Shown in pieces: positions 43,293 to 54,600 of a DNA stretch of 64,000 bases. Below the pieces are notes generated by a model. The model had not been told where the DNA came from. It did no database searches and worked only from the letters and a program-made list of their open reading frames with translations. The translations under genes and the position numbers were made by a program. The stretch comes from Escherichia coli (GTDB taxonomy: Bacteria > Pseudomonadota > Gammaproteobacteria > Enterobacterales > Enterobacteriaceae). The stretch lies in assembly GCF_030013205.1 (NCBI RefSeq), contig NZ_CP122648.1, one strand, 5' to 3'. Numbering within the stretch: position 1 is the stretch's first letter; the number at the start of each line of letters is the position of its first letter.

Positions 43293-44536
43293 GCGAGTTG
43301 AGTTATCTGGAAAAATTGCTGGATGGGGTTGTGGTTGAGTGGAAAACCCTTGAGGATATTTCTATAAAGATATCATCTGGAGGAACCCCTAAAACTGGCG
43401 TATCAGAATTTTATGATGGCGACATTCCTTGGTTGCGAACTCAAGAAGTAAACTTTTGTGATATATGGGATACCGAGGTAAAAATAACTGAGTCTGGAGT
43501 TAAAAACTCTAGTGCAAAATGGATACCAAAGAATTGTGTCATTGTTGCTATGTATGGGGCAACTGTGGGGAAAATCGGCATAAACAAAATTCCAATGACA
43601 ACAAATCAAGCGTGCGCAAATATTCAACTTAATGAAGAAGTTGCTCATTATAGATATGTATTTCACTTCTTGTGTAGCCAATACACATATATCAAATCCC
43701 TTGGAACAGGGTCCCAGACAAACATAAATGCGCAGATTGTCAAAAATATTAAGATCCCCATCCCCTGCCCAGAAAACCCGGAAAAATCCCTTGCCATCCA
43801 GTCTGAAATCGTTCGGATTCTGGACAAATTTACTGCACTTACCGCTGAGCTTACCGCTGAGCTTAACATGCGTAAAAAACAGTACAACTACTATCGCGAC
43901 CAGTTGTTGAGTTTTAAAGAGGGTGAGGTTGAGTGGAAAAGTCTGGAAGATATTGCTTTATTTAGACGGGGTTCATTTCCACAGCCATATGGAAATAGTG
44001 AATGGTATGATGGAGAAGGTTGCATGCCTTTTGTTCAGGTAGCTGATGTGGCTGATTCAGGATTTACATTACACACAAAAACCAAACAACAGATTTCTAA
44101 GATTGCACAAAGCAAGAGCGTTTTTGTTGAGGCTGGAACAATTGTTGTGACACTGCAAGGTACTATTGGTCGAGTAGCAATAACACAGTACGATTGTTAT
44201 GTGGATAGAACTCTTGCAATATTTACTAACTTTAAAGTAAAAATAAACAAAAAATACTTTGCTTATCAACTAAAAGCTAAATTCGATTCAGAGAAAGAAT
44301 TTGCAAGAGGAAGTACTTTGAAGACAATTACAAAAGAAGAGTTTTCTAAGTTCCAATTACCTCTTCCCTCAATAAACGAACAAAATCGTATAGTATCACT
44401 ATTGGATAAGTTCGATACACTGGCTCATTCAATAAAACAAGGTCTCCCGCGTGAAATCGAGTTGCGCCAGAAACAATACGAATACTACCGTGATTTACTG
44501 TTCAGTTTCCCGAAACCTGAAACTGCCAGTAATTAA
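43289..44536 (+). CDS. hsdS: Type I restriction-modification specificity subunit HsdS (two target-recognition domains)
   Basis: 415 aa; ATGA overlap with hsdM; conserved central and C-terminal repeats ([14 protein letters not shown] / [15 protein letters not shown]); TAEL-TAEL spacer. Confidence 0.88.
43841..43864 (+). repeat. Tandem 12-bp repeat ACCGCTGAGCTT x2 encoding TAEL-TAEL in the hsdS central spacer
   Basis: Read directly from sequence; same repeat class whose copy number sets spacer length in EcoR124I/EcoR124II. Confidence 0.85.
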
Positions 44537-44657
44537 TTGATCATTGCTACCGATCGGACCACCTTAACACCCGGTCAGTATATAGACTATTTTTTACGCG
44601 CCGGAAGTCACCATTACCCCCCTTCCGGCCCTTGCCAGACGGCACAAAGGATGCGCT

Positions 44658-47600
44658 ATGACTCATCAGACACACACCATTGCTGAATCCAATAACTTTA
44701 TCGTTCTTGATAAGTACATCAAAGCTGAGCCAACAGGCGACAGCTACCAGAGCGAATCGGACCTGGAACGTGAACTGATTCAGGACCTGCAAAATCAGGG
44801 TTATGAATTTATTTCCGTAAAATCACAGTCGGCAATGCTATCCAATGTTCGGGAACAGCTTCAGAGCCTCAATGGTGTGATGTTTAATGACAGCGAGTGG
44901 CGGCGCTTCACGGAGCAGTATCTGGACAACCCCAGCGATGGTATTCTGGATAAAACCCGTAAAATCCATATCGACTATATCTGCGACTTTATTTTTGACG
45001 ACGGGCGACTTGAGAACATCTATTTGATAGATAAAAAGAATCTCATGCGCAATAAGGTGCAGATTATCCAGCAGTTTGAACAGACGGGTTCTCATGCTAA
45101 CCGTTATGACGTCACGATCCTGGTTAATGGTTTACCGCTGGTGCAAATCGAACTAAAAAAACGCGGGGTGGCGATTCGTGAGGCTTTCAACCAGATACAT
45201 CGTTACAGTAAAGAGAGTTTTAACAGCGAAAATTCCCTGTTTAAGTATCTGCAACTGTTTGTCATTTCTAACGGCACCGATACCCGTTATTTTGCCAACA
45301 CGACAAAGCGCGATAAAAACAGTTTTGACTTCACCATGAATTGGGCGAAATCAGACAACACGCTGATTAAAGACCTCAAAGACTTTACCGCTACCTTTTT
45401 CCAGAAACATACTCTGCTGAATGTTCTGGTGAACTACAGCGTTTTTGACAGTAGTCAGACGCTACTGGTGATGCGACCGTACCAGATTGCCGCCACCGAG
45501 CGCATTCTGTGGAAAATTAAGAGTTCCTTTACAGCGAAGAACTGGTCAAAACCGGAAAGCGGTGGGTATATCTGGCACACTACCGGTTCTGGTAAAACCC
45601 TCACCAGCTTTAAAGCCGCGCGTCTGGCAACAGAGCTGGACTTTATTGATAAAGTCTTCTTTGTGGTCGACAGGAAAGACCTCGATTACCAGACCATGAA
45701 GGAATATCAGCGTTTTTCGCCAGACAGCGTCAACGGCTCGGAAAATACCGCAGGCCTTAAACGAAATCTGGATAAGGACGATAACAAAATTATCGTCACT
45801 ACTATTCAGAAACTCAATAACCTGATGAAAGCAGAAAGCGACCTGCCTGTATATAATCAGCAAGTGGTGTTTATATTTGATGAATGCCACCGCAGCCAGT
45901 TTGGAGAAGCGCAGAAAAACCTGAAGAAGAAATTCAAACGCTATTATCAGTTTGGTTTTACCGGCACCCCTATTTTCCCGGAAAACGCCTTAGGCTCAGA
46001 AACAACCGCCAGCGTATTTGGTCGTGAATTGCATTCGTATGTAATTACCGATGCGATTCGTGACGAAAAAGTGCTCAAATTCAAAGTGGACTACAACGAT
46101 GTGCGGCCACAGTTTAAGTCTTTAGAGACAGAAACTGACGAGAAAAAACTAAGTGCGGCTGAAAATCAGCAGGCGTTTCTTCATCCCATGCGTATTCAGG
46201 AAATCACGCAATATATTCTGAATAATTTCCGCCAGAAAACTCACCGTACCTTCCCTGGCTCAAAAGGTTTTAATGCTATGTTGGCAGTGAGCAGCGTGGA
46301 TGCCGCGAAAGCCTATTATGCGACGTTTAAACGGTTACAAGAAGAAGCCGCTAATAAATCGGCTACCTATAAACCGCTGCGTATTGCGACAATCTTCTCC
46401 TTTGCCGCCAATGAAGAACAAAATGCCATTGGTGAAATTTCCGATGAAACTTTTGATACCAGCGCAATGGACAGCAGTGCTAAAGAGTTTCTGGACGCTG
46501 CAATTCGTGAATATAACAGCCATTTTAAAACTAACTTTAGCACCGACAGTAACGGTTTTCAGAACTACTATCGTGATTTAGCCCAGCGGGTTAAAAATCA
46601 GGATATCGATCTGCTAATTGTCGTGGGGATGTTTTTAACCGGCTTCGATGCTCCAACATTGAACACGCTATTCGTCGATAAAAACTTGCGTTTTCACGGC
46701 CTGATGCAGGCATTTTCCCGCACCAACCGTATTTATGATGCAACTAAAACCTTCGGTAATATCGTCACTTTCCGGGATCTGGAACGCTCAACTATTGATG
46801 CCATAACGCTGTTTGGTGATAAAAACACCAAAAATGTGGTGTTAGAAAAGAGTTATGCTGAGTATATGGAAGGCTTTACTGATGCTGCTACTGGTGAAGC
46901 TAAACGCGGCTTCATGACAGTAGTTTCAGAACTGGAACAACGGTTCCCTGACCCTGCCAGTATTGAAAGTGAAAAAGAGAAGAAAGACTTCGTTAAACTG
47001 TTTGGCGAATACCTGCGTGCCGAGAACATCCTGCAAAACTATGATGAATTTGCCACGCTAAAAGCCCTGCAACAAATCGATCTTAGCGATCCTGTTGCGG
47101 TAGAAAAATTCAAAGCAGAACATTATGTGGATGATGAAAAGTTCGCTGAATTGCAAACAATTCGTCTCCCTGCTGATCGCAAGATTCAGGATTATCGTTC
47201 TGCCTATAACGATATTCGCGACTGGCAGCGCCGTGAGAAAGAAGCTGAGAAAAAAGAGAAATCAACCACTGACTGGGATGACGTAGTTTTTGAGGTCGAT
47301 TTGCTGAAGTCTCAGGAAATAAACCTGGATTATATCCTTGGACTGATTTTCGAACACAACAGACAAAATAAAGGCAAGGGCGAAATGATCGAAGAGGTCA
47401 AACGCTTAATTCGTTCAAGCCTGGGGAACCGTGCTAAAGAGGGCCTGGTGGTCGATTTTATTCAGCAAACGAACCTGGATGATTTACCGGACAAAGCCAG
47501 CATCATTGACGCATTCTTTACGTTTGCTCAACGCGAACAGCAACGTGAAGCAGAAGCCTTGATCAAAGAAGAAAATCTCAATGAAGAGGCGGCGAAACGC

Positions 47601-47774
47601 TATATTCGCACATCTTTAAAACGCGAATACGCCACCGAAAATGGCACGGAATTAAACGAGACACTGCCCAGACTCAGTCCTTTAAATCCGCAATATAAAA
47701 CGAAAAAACAGACTGTTTTTCAAAAAATTAGCGCATTTATTGAAAAATTTAAGGGGGTGGGTGGAAAGATTTAG
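44658..47774 (+). CDS. hsdR: Type I restriction enzyme endonuclease/translocase subunit HsdR
   Basis: 1,038 aa; Walker A TGSGKT and DEAD-box variant FDECHRSQ; good ribosome-binding site; follows hsdMS. Confidence 0.9.
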   Translation: MTHQTHTIAESNNFIVLDKYIKAEPTGDSYQSESDLERELIQDLQNQGYEFISVKSQSAMLSNVREQLQSLNGVMFNDSEWRRFTEQYLDNPSDGILDKTRKIHIDYICDFIFDDGRLENIYLIDKKNLMRNKVQIIQQFEQTGSHANRYDVTILVNGLPLVQIELKKRGVAIREAFNQIHRYSKESFNSENSLFKYLQLFVISNGTDTRYFANTTKRDKNSFDFTMNWAKSDNTLIKDLKDFTATFFQKHTLLNVLVNYSVFDSSQTLLVMRPYQIAATERILWKIKSSFTAKNWSKPESGGYIWHTTGSGKTLTSFKAARLATELDFIDKVFFVVDRKDLDYQTMKEYQRFSPDSVNGSENTAGLKRNLDKDDNKIIVTTIQKLNNLMKAESDLPVYNQQVVFIFDECHRSQFGEAQKNLKKKFKRYYQFGFTGTPIFPENALGSETTASVFGRELHSYVITDAIRDEKVLKFKVDYNDVRPQFKSLETETDEKKLSAAENQQAFLHPMRIQEITQYILNNFRQKTHRTFPGSKGFNAMLAVSSVDAAKAYYATFKRLQEEAANKSATYKPLRIATIFSFAANEEQNAIGEISDETFDTSAMDSSAKEFLDAAIREYNSHFKTNFSTDSNGFQNYYRDLAQRVKNQDIDLLIVVGMFLTGFDAPTLNTLFVDKNLRFHGLMQAFSRTNRIYDATKTFGNIVTFRDLERSTIDAITLFGDKNTKNVVLEKSYAEYMEGFTDAATGEAKRGFMTVVSELEQRFPDPASIESEKEKKDFVKLFGEYLRAENILQNYDEFATLKALQQIDLSDPVAVEKFKAEHYVDDEKFAELQTIRLPADRKIQDYRSAYNDIRDWQRREKEAEKKEKSTTDWDDVVFEVDLLKSQEINLDYILGLIFEHNRQNKGKGEMIEEVKRLIRSSLGNRAKEGLVVDFIQQTNLDDLPDKASIIDAFFTFAQREQQREAEALIKEENLNEEAAKRYIRTSLKREYATENGTELNETLPRLSPLNPQYKTKKQTVFQKISAFIEKFKGVGGKI

Positions 47775-48970
<1,196 letters not shown>

Positions 48971-49163
48971 CTAAGATAATTGGTTTTTAGCGAGTGACGG
49001 GCTAGGTTGTGTCAGTCTGTCTCATGTCGATATTACGGGGATGATGCAAACCTGAATGCTGCGATATTGGCGTGTCAGGGGAGGCATCTTACGGTATCAT
49101 TTACCGCAATTTTTAAGATGCAATGCCCTGCATCGCAGGCTTTTCTTCAGACCAGGATGATTC

Positions 49164-50216
49164 ATGAACGACAAAATCAGTCAGGACACGATCAACAAAG
49201 CCCTGTGGGCCGCGTGTGATACGTTCCGTGGCACCATCAGTGCTGATACCTATAAAGACTTTATCCTTACCATGCTGTTCCTTAAGTACATTTCGGATGT
49301 CTGGCAGGATCATTACGATGAATATAAAAAACAGTATGGTGATGCACCAGAACTCATTGAAGCCATGATGGCGAATGAACGTTTCGTATTGCCGAAAAGC
49401 GCCAGTTTCTATGCGCTGTATGAACGTCGTCATGAACCGGGCAATGGTGAGCGCATCGACCAGGCTCTGCATGCGATTGAAGAAGCTAATGGCACCAAAC
49501 TGAAAGACGCCGGGAAAAGCGTGTTCCAGGATATTTCGTTTAACACCGATCGCCTAGGTGAAGAAAAACAGAAGAACACCATCCTGCGTCAGCTGCTGGA
49601 AGACTTTGCCGGTCAAGATCTTAACCTGAAGCCGAGCCGTGTCGGTACGCTGGACGTTATCGGTAATGCCTACGAATATCTGATCAAAAACTTTGCTGCC
49701 AGCGGTGGGCAGAAAGCCGGGGAATTCTATACCCCACCAGAAGTTTCGGACCTGATTGCAGAACTGCTCGATCCGCAACCGGGTGATACCATCTGCGATC
49801 CAGCCTGTGGTTCCGGTTCATTATTGATGAAGTGTGGGCGTAAAATTGTCTCCGGGCATGATAGTCGTAACTATGCATTGTTCGGTCAGGAAGCGATCGG
49901 TTCTGCGTGGTCGCTGGCGAAAATGAATATGTTCCTGCACGGGGAAGACAACCATAAAATCGAGTGGGGCGATACCATTCGTAACCCGAAGCTGCTCGAT
50001 AAAAATGGCGACCTGATGCTGTTTGATATCGTGACCGCTAACCCACCGTTCAGCCTCGATAAGTGGGGCCATGACGAGGCCGAGAACGATAAGTTTGGCC
50101 GTTTTCGTCGCGGTGTACCGCCGAAGACTAAAGGAGGTATGGGATGCCTGCGCCAATATGGAGCGCTATATCCAGTACGGCTTTACCCCGCAAGAGCGCC
50201 ACCGTCTGTTTGGTGA
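49164..50216 (+). pseudogene. hsdM: Second type I restriction-modification methyltransferase hsdM, 3'-truncated (homology ends near 50,130; 3' tail of ORF is out-of-context)
   Basis: HsdM N-domain, DPACGSGSLL and NPPFS motifs present, but ORF ends ...[13 protein letters not shown] then unrelated tail; no hsdS follows. Confidence 0.7.
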
Positions 50217-51471
50217 GAGCGACTGGGGTCAGTTTGTGCCCCGTGATTTTGCCCATCTGCTTGATCTGCTAGGATCCCCAAACACGGCCGACGCTGCCGA
50301 TAAAAGCCGTGCAGCTGCCGGTAGCCAAGGGCGCACCTTGTTGGCCATTTTGCAGGATGACAAGCTTGATGGTGAGCAGACGGTGGAGGAGGAGAGCGCA
50401 GGCTCCGAGCGCTTTAACAGCGTCATCAACTTCTCCAACTTCTTGCTCCATGTGCTGCGACTCGTGAGCCGCGACCCGGGTGATACGGAGGGGGTGCCGC
50501 TTGATGATAAACAACTGGTCGATCAGTTTGAGCTGCGAGTGATAAGGCAACCGGATCCAGTAGCGGCAGTTCAGCGTTTTATCTATGGCCTGTTAAAGAG
50601 CAAGTATCTGTTTGATCAGTTCATCATCAAGCGCGAGTTTGCCGATGGCAAGGATAGTTGGAGTTTGAAGCGGCTGCACAGGTATTCGGAAAAGAGCGTC
50701 AGTTACATCAATACCTTTGACAAGGATGAAAATGAGAATGGTTTCTCTGGTGTTAACCGGCGGGTCCTGATGTTGCTGTCGGCGTTTCATGTGTCGACCC
50801 CGACCCTGGTTTACAAACATTGGCTGAATGGTGCACTGAGATATCTGTTCGACAATTGTCACCCTGATCAACCGGTGGATGCCGGGGCTTATCTGTCCTA
50901 TCTGGAGAGTCAGGCTCGCCGCTTTGTCTTCCAGCGCTTTTTGGCGCCTGGTGAAGGGGCTTCCTATTACCAGATGCTCTACCTTGATAACGCCCTGTTG
51001 CCCGCCATCAATGTGGATGAGAGTTGGCACAAGGTGATTACATCCAAACTTCGCTTCGGTCATATCGAGAACAACTTTGTCTTCAACTTCCTCGACTATC
51101 TGCTGTGGGTACGAGATCGGAATAGCGACAAAGTTGCTGGCTCCTTTGAGTTCACTTTCCGCAGCTCGGTGGAGCACTTCTCACCCCAGCATCCGATGGA
51201 TGGCTATAAACCGGTTGAGCAGAGTGCACTCCATTCGTTTGGCAACCTTTGCCTTATCAGCCACAGCAAGAACTCGCGCTTGAGTAACTTCCAGCCGCAA
51301 CAGAAGCAGGAGCACTTTGAAGCAAGCCTTGCCAATAACCAGACTGATAGTCTTAAATTGCTTGCTATGATTCGGCTGATGAAAGATAAAGGTCGTTGGC
51401 TGGAAGATGAGATAGCTGTGCATCAACAAGATATGTTGCAGGTCTTACTATCCAATCAAATTCAGCAATAA
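50158..51471 (+). pseudogene. GmrSD-like type IV restriction enzyme, C-terminal DUF1524 (His-Me finger) portion; 5' DUF262 part missing
   Basis: C-terminal ...[15 protein letters not shown]...[16 protein letters not shown] resembles the DUF1524 motif; no DGQQR DUF262 motif; upstream in-frame sequence is hsdM DNA read in another frame. Could alternatively be expressed from ATG 50158. Confidence 0.5.
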
Positions 51472-51657
51472 CGGATTGAATCTGTTTATGAAATTTGGCT
51501 GCTATCAACTAATGGGCGTTAAGTTGATTGTATGATCTGATTGATAAAGAAGGGGAGACTAAAAATCTCCTCTTCTTTGCAGCAGTTTACTGCGGTCTTT
51601 TTGTGATGCATCAGCATAAAACGTTTTACTTGTGGACCCTAAGAAATGGAGAACATT

Positions 51658-54600
51658 ATGTCGACTGTAGATACCTCTATAGCAGAGGAACTCAATCAAG
51701 GAGGCTCAGATTTTATTCTGACTTCCCTCGAGGCTATGCGTAAGAAGTTATTGGACCTTACGTCTCGAAATCGACTTTTGAATTTCCCTATCACTCAAAA
51801 AGGGTCTTCACTACGTATTGTTGATGAATTACCAGAACAGCTTTATGAAACCCTTTGCTCGGAAATCCCGATGGAATTTGCTCCTGTGCCCGATCCAACT
51901 AGAGCGCAGCTGTTAGAGCATGGCTATCTCAAAGTTGGGCCAGATGGTAAAGATATACAGTTAAGAGCTCATCCTAGCGCTAAGGATTGGGCGCACGTCT
52001 TAGGAATCCGTACAGATTTTGATTTACCAGATAGCCATAAAACGGTTGTTTCTGATTCAGATAGAGAGTTGCTGGAAAAAGCCCATCAGTTTATCTTGCA
52101 ATATGCCCAAGGCCAGAATGGAAAATTAACAGGGATTCGTTCTGAATACGTTAATCAAGGTATAGCTTTGTCAGCGTTGAAGGAGGCGTGCTGCTTAGCA
52201 GGCTATGAAGGGCTTGAGGATTTTGAACGACAGGCAAAGGCTGGGAATGAGATTAGTATATCTTCTTCCAATCCCTCTCATGACGATAATCGGATACAGG
52301 CTCTGCTTTATCCAAATGAACTGGAAGCTTGTTTGCGCGCCATCTATGGTAAGGCTCAAACTGCTTTGGAGGAGAGTGGCGCCAACATCTTGTATTTGGC
52401 GTTAGGGTTCCTTGAGTGGTATGAAAGCGATTCCTCTGAAAAGGCACGTTATGCACCGTTATTTACAATTCCGGTGAGATGTGAACGAGGAAAATTAGAT
52501 CCGAAGGATGGTCTTTACAAGTTTCAACTTTATTACACGGGTGAAGATATTTTGCCCAATCTCTCTTTGAAGGAAAAACTTCAGGCTGACTTTGGCCTCG
52601 CTCTTCCTTTGTTCAATGAAGAGGAAACTCCAGAGTCTTATTTTGCTTCGGTGAAGAAGGTTGTAGAGCAGCACAAACCTAAATGGTCTGTGAAACGTTA
52701 TGGTGCACTTAGCTTGCTCAATTTTGGCAAGATGATGATGTATCTTGACCTCGATCCTGCCCGCTGGCCTTGTGACAAGCGCAATATATTGTCTCATGAA
52801 GTAATTCGTCGCTTTTTCACCAGTCAGAGCTGTGGTCAAGAGAATTCCGGCTTACCTGGTGGCTTCGGTCAGCATGAGTACTGCATCGATAGTTACCCTG
52901 ATATTCATGACAAGGTTCCACTAATCGATGATGCGGATAGCTCGCAGCACAGTGCGTTGATCGATGCTATCCGTGGTCAAAACTTAGTCATTGAGGGCCC
53001 TCCTGGTAGTGGCAAATCACAAACGATCACCAACTTGATTGCAGCAGCTCTGCTCAACGGTAAGAAAGTCCTGTTTGTGGCAGAGAAGATGGCTGCACTG
53101 GAGGTCGTCAAACGTCGCTTGGATCGTGCGGGGCTAGGTCAATTTTGCTTAGAGTTGCACAGTCATAAAACTCATAAGCGCAAGGTGCTGGATGATATTA
53201 ATGCTCGCTTGGTGAGTCAGGCGACCATGCCTACTATGGAAGAGATTGATGCTCAGATTTTGCGTTATGAAGATCTTAAGCAGCAGCTCAATGAATATGC
53301 CGCATTGATCAATAACCAATGGGCGCAAACAGGCAAAACGATCCATCAGATTTTGAGTGGTGCAACCCGTTATCGTCACAAATTAGATATTGATGCAACA
53401 GCACTTCATATCGAAAACCTTTCCGGGAAGCAGTTGGATAAAGTGACCCAATTACGGCTGCGTGACCAAATAGTAGAGTTTAGCCGCATCTACAAAGAGG
53501 TTCGTGAGCAGGTGGGGGCTAATGCAGAAATATATGAGCACCCTTGGAGCGGTGTGAATAACACACAAATTCAATTGTTTGACAGCGCTCGTATAGTCGA
53601 TTTGCTACAAACTTGGCAGACATCAATTATCGACTTTCAACATAGCTATCAAGAATATGTAGATAAGTGGGCGTTAGAAGGCGAAAGCCTTAATACGCTT
53701 CAATATATTGAGCAATTGGTAGAAGATCAGTCGAATCTTCCAGTGTTGTGTGGTTCAGAGCATTTCCCAGCACTTAGTGAGCTAGATTCACCCGATGCCA
53801 TTGCACGGGTGCGTCACTATTTAGATAGGTTCGAGTTGCTACAAGGTCATTATGTGGCCTTGAGCCAGGTTATCGAGCCTCAAAAGCTACGACTTTTAGA
53901 ACAAGGACAATCGTGTGACTTTCCTCGTGAAGAGCTGGAAAAATATGGTGCAGCAGAGGATTTCACTTTACGTGATTTGGTCAGGTGGCTTGAATCCATC
54001 CAATCAATTCATGATGAGTTATCATCTATTTATGCGCAATTAAACGATTTCAAAAATGCTTTGCCAGATGGTATTGCTTCGTATATCGATGATTCGCAAG
54101 CTGGATTGCTATTCTGCTCTGAGTTGTTGTCGATTCTGGGTGCTTTACCGACTGAGCTTATTAGAGTTCGAGATCCTCTTTTTGATGATGATGATATCGA
54201 TGCAGTATTGCGCGACTTAATGTGTCAAATCGAAACATTGCGTCCTTTAAGAGATGGTCTATCTACTTTGTATCAATTGGACCAGTTGCCTTCCCAAGAG
54301 ATGCTCGCGCATGCCGTTGCTGTTATCCAGCAAGGGGGATTATTTGCATGGTTTAAGAGTGATTGGCGTAGTGCCAAGGCACTGCTCATGGCGCAATCTC
54401 GTAAGCCCGACACTAAGTTTGCTGAGTTAAAACGCTGCTCAGCTGATTTGCTCAAGTATTCGGAGCTGTTACAACGGTTTGAACAAAGTGACTTTGGTAA
54501 TCAACTTGGTAATGCATTCCGAGGGTTGGACACCGACTGTGAACAACTCATGTTATTGCGTGATTGGTACAAGAAGGTCCGAGCTTGTTACGGGATAGGT

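Noticed and set aside
43841-43864. Tandem direct repeat considered as a possible CRISPR-like or minisatellite array
   Set aside because: Only two 12-bp copies, no spacers, and they lie in-frame inside hsdS encoding TAEL-TAEL
50071-50157. Upstream part of the 466-codon track ORF ([23 protein letters not shown]...) as the true N-terminus of the nuclease-like gene
   Set aside because: This stretch is hsdM coding sequence read in another frame; the nuclease homology begins near the junction
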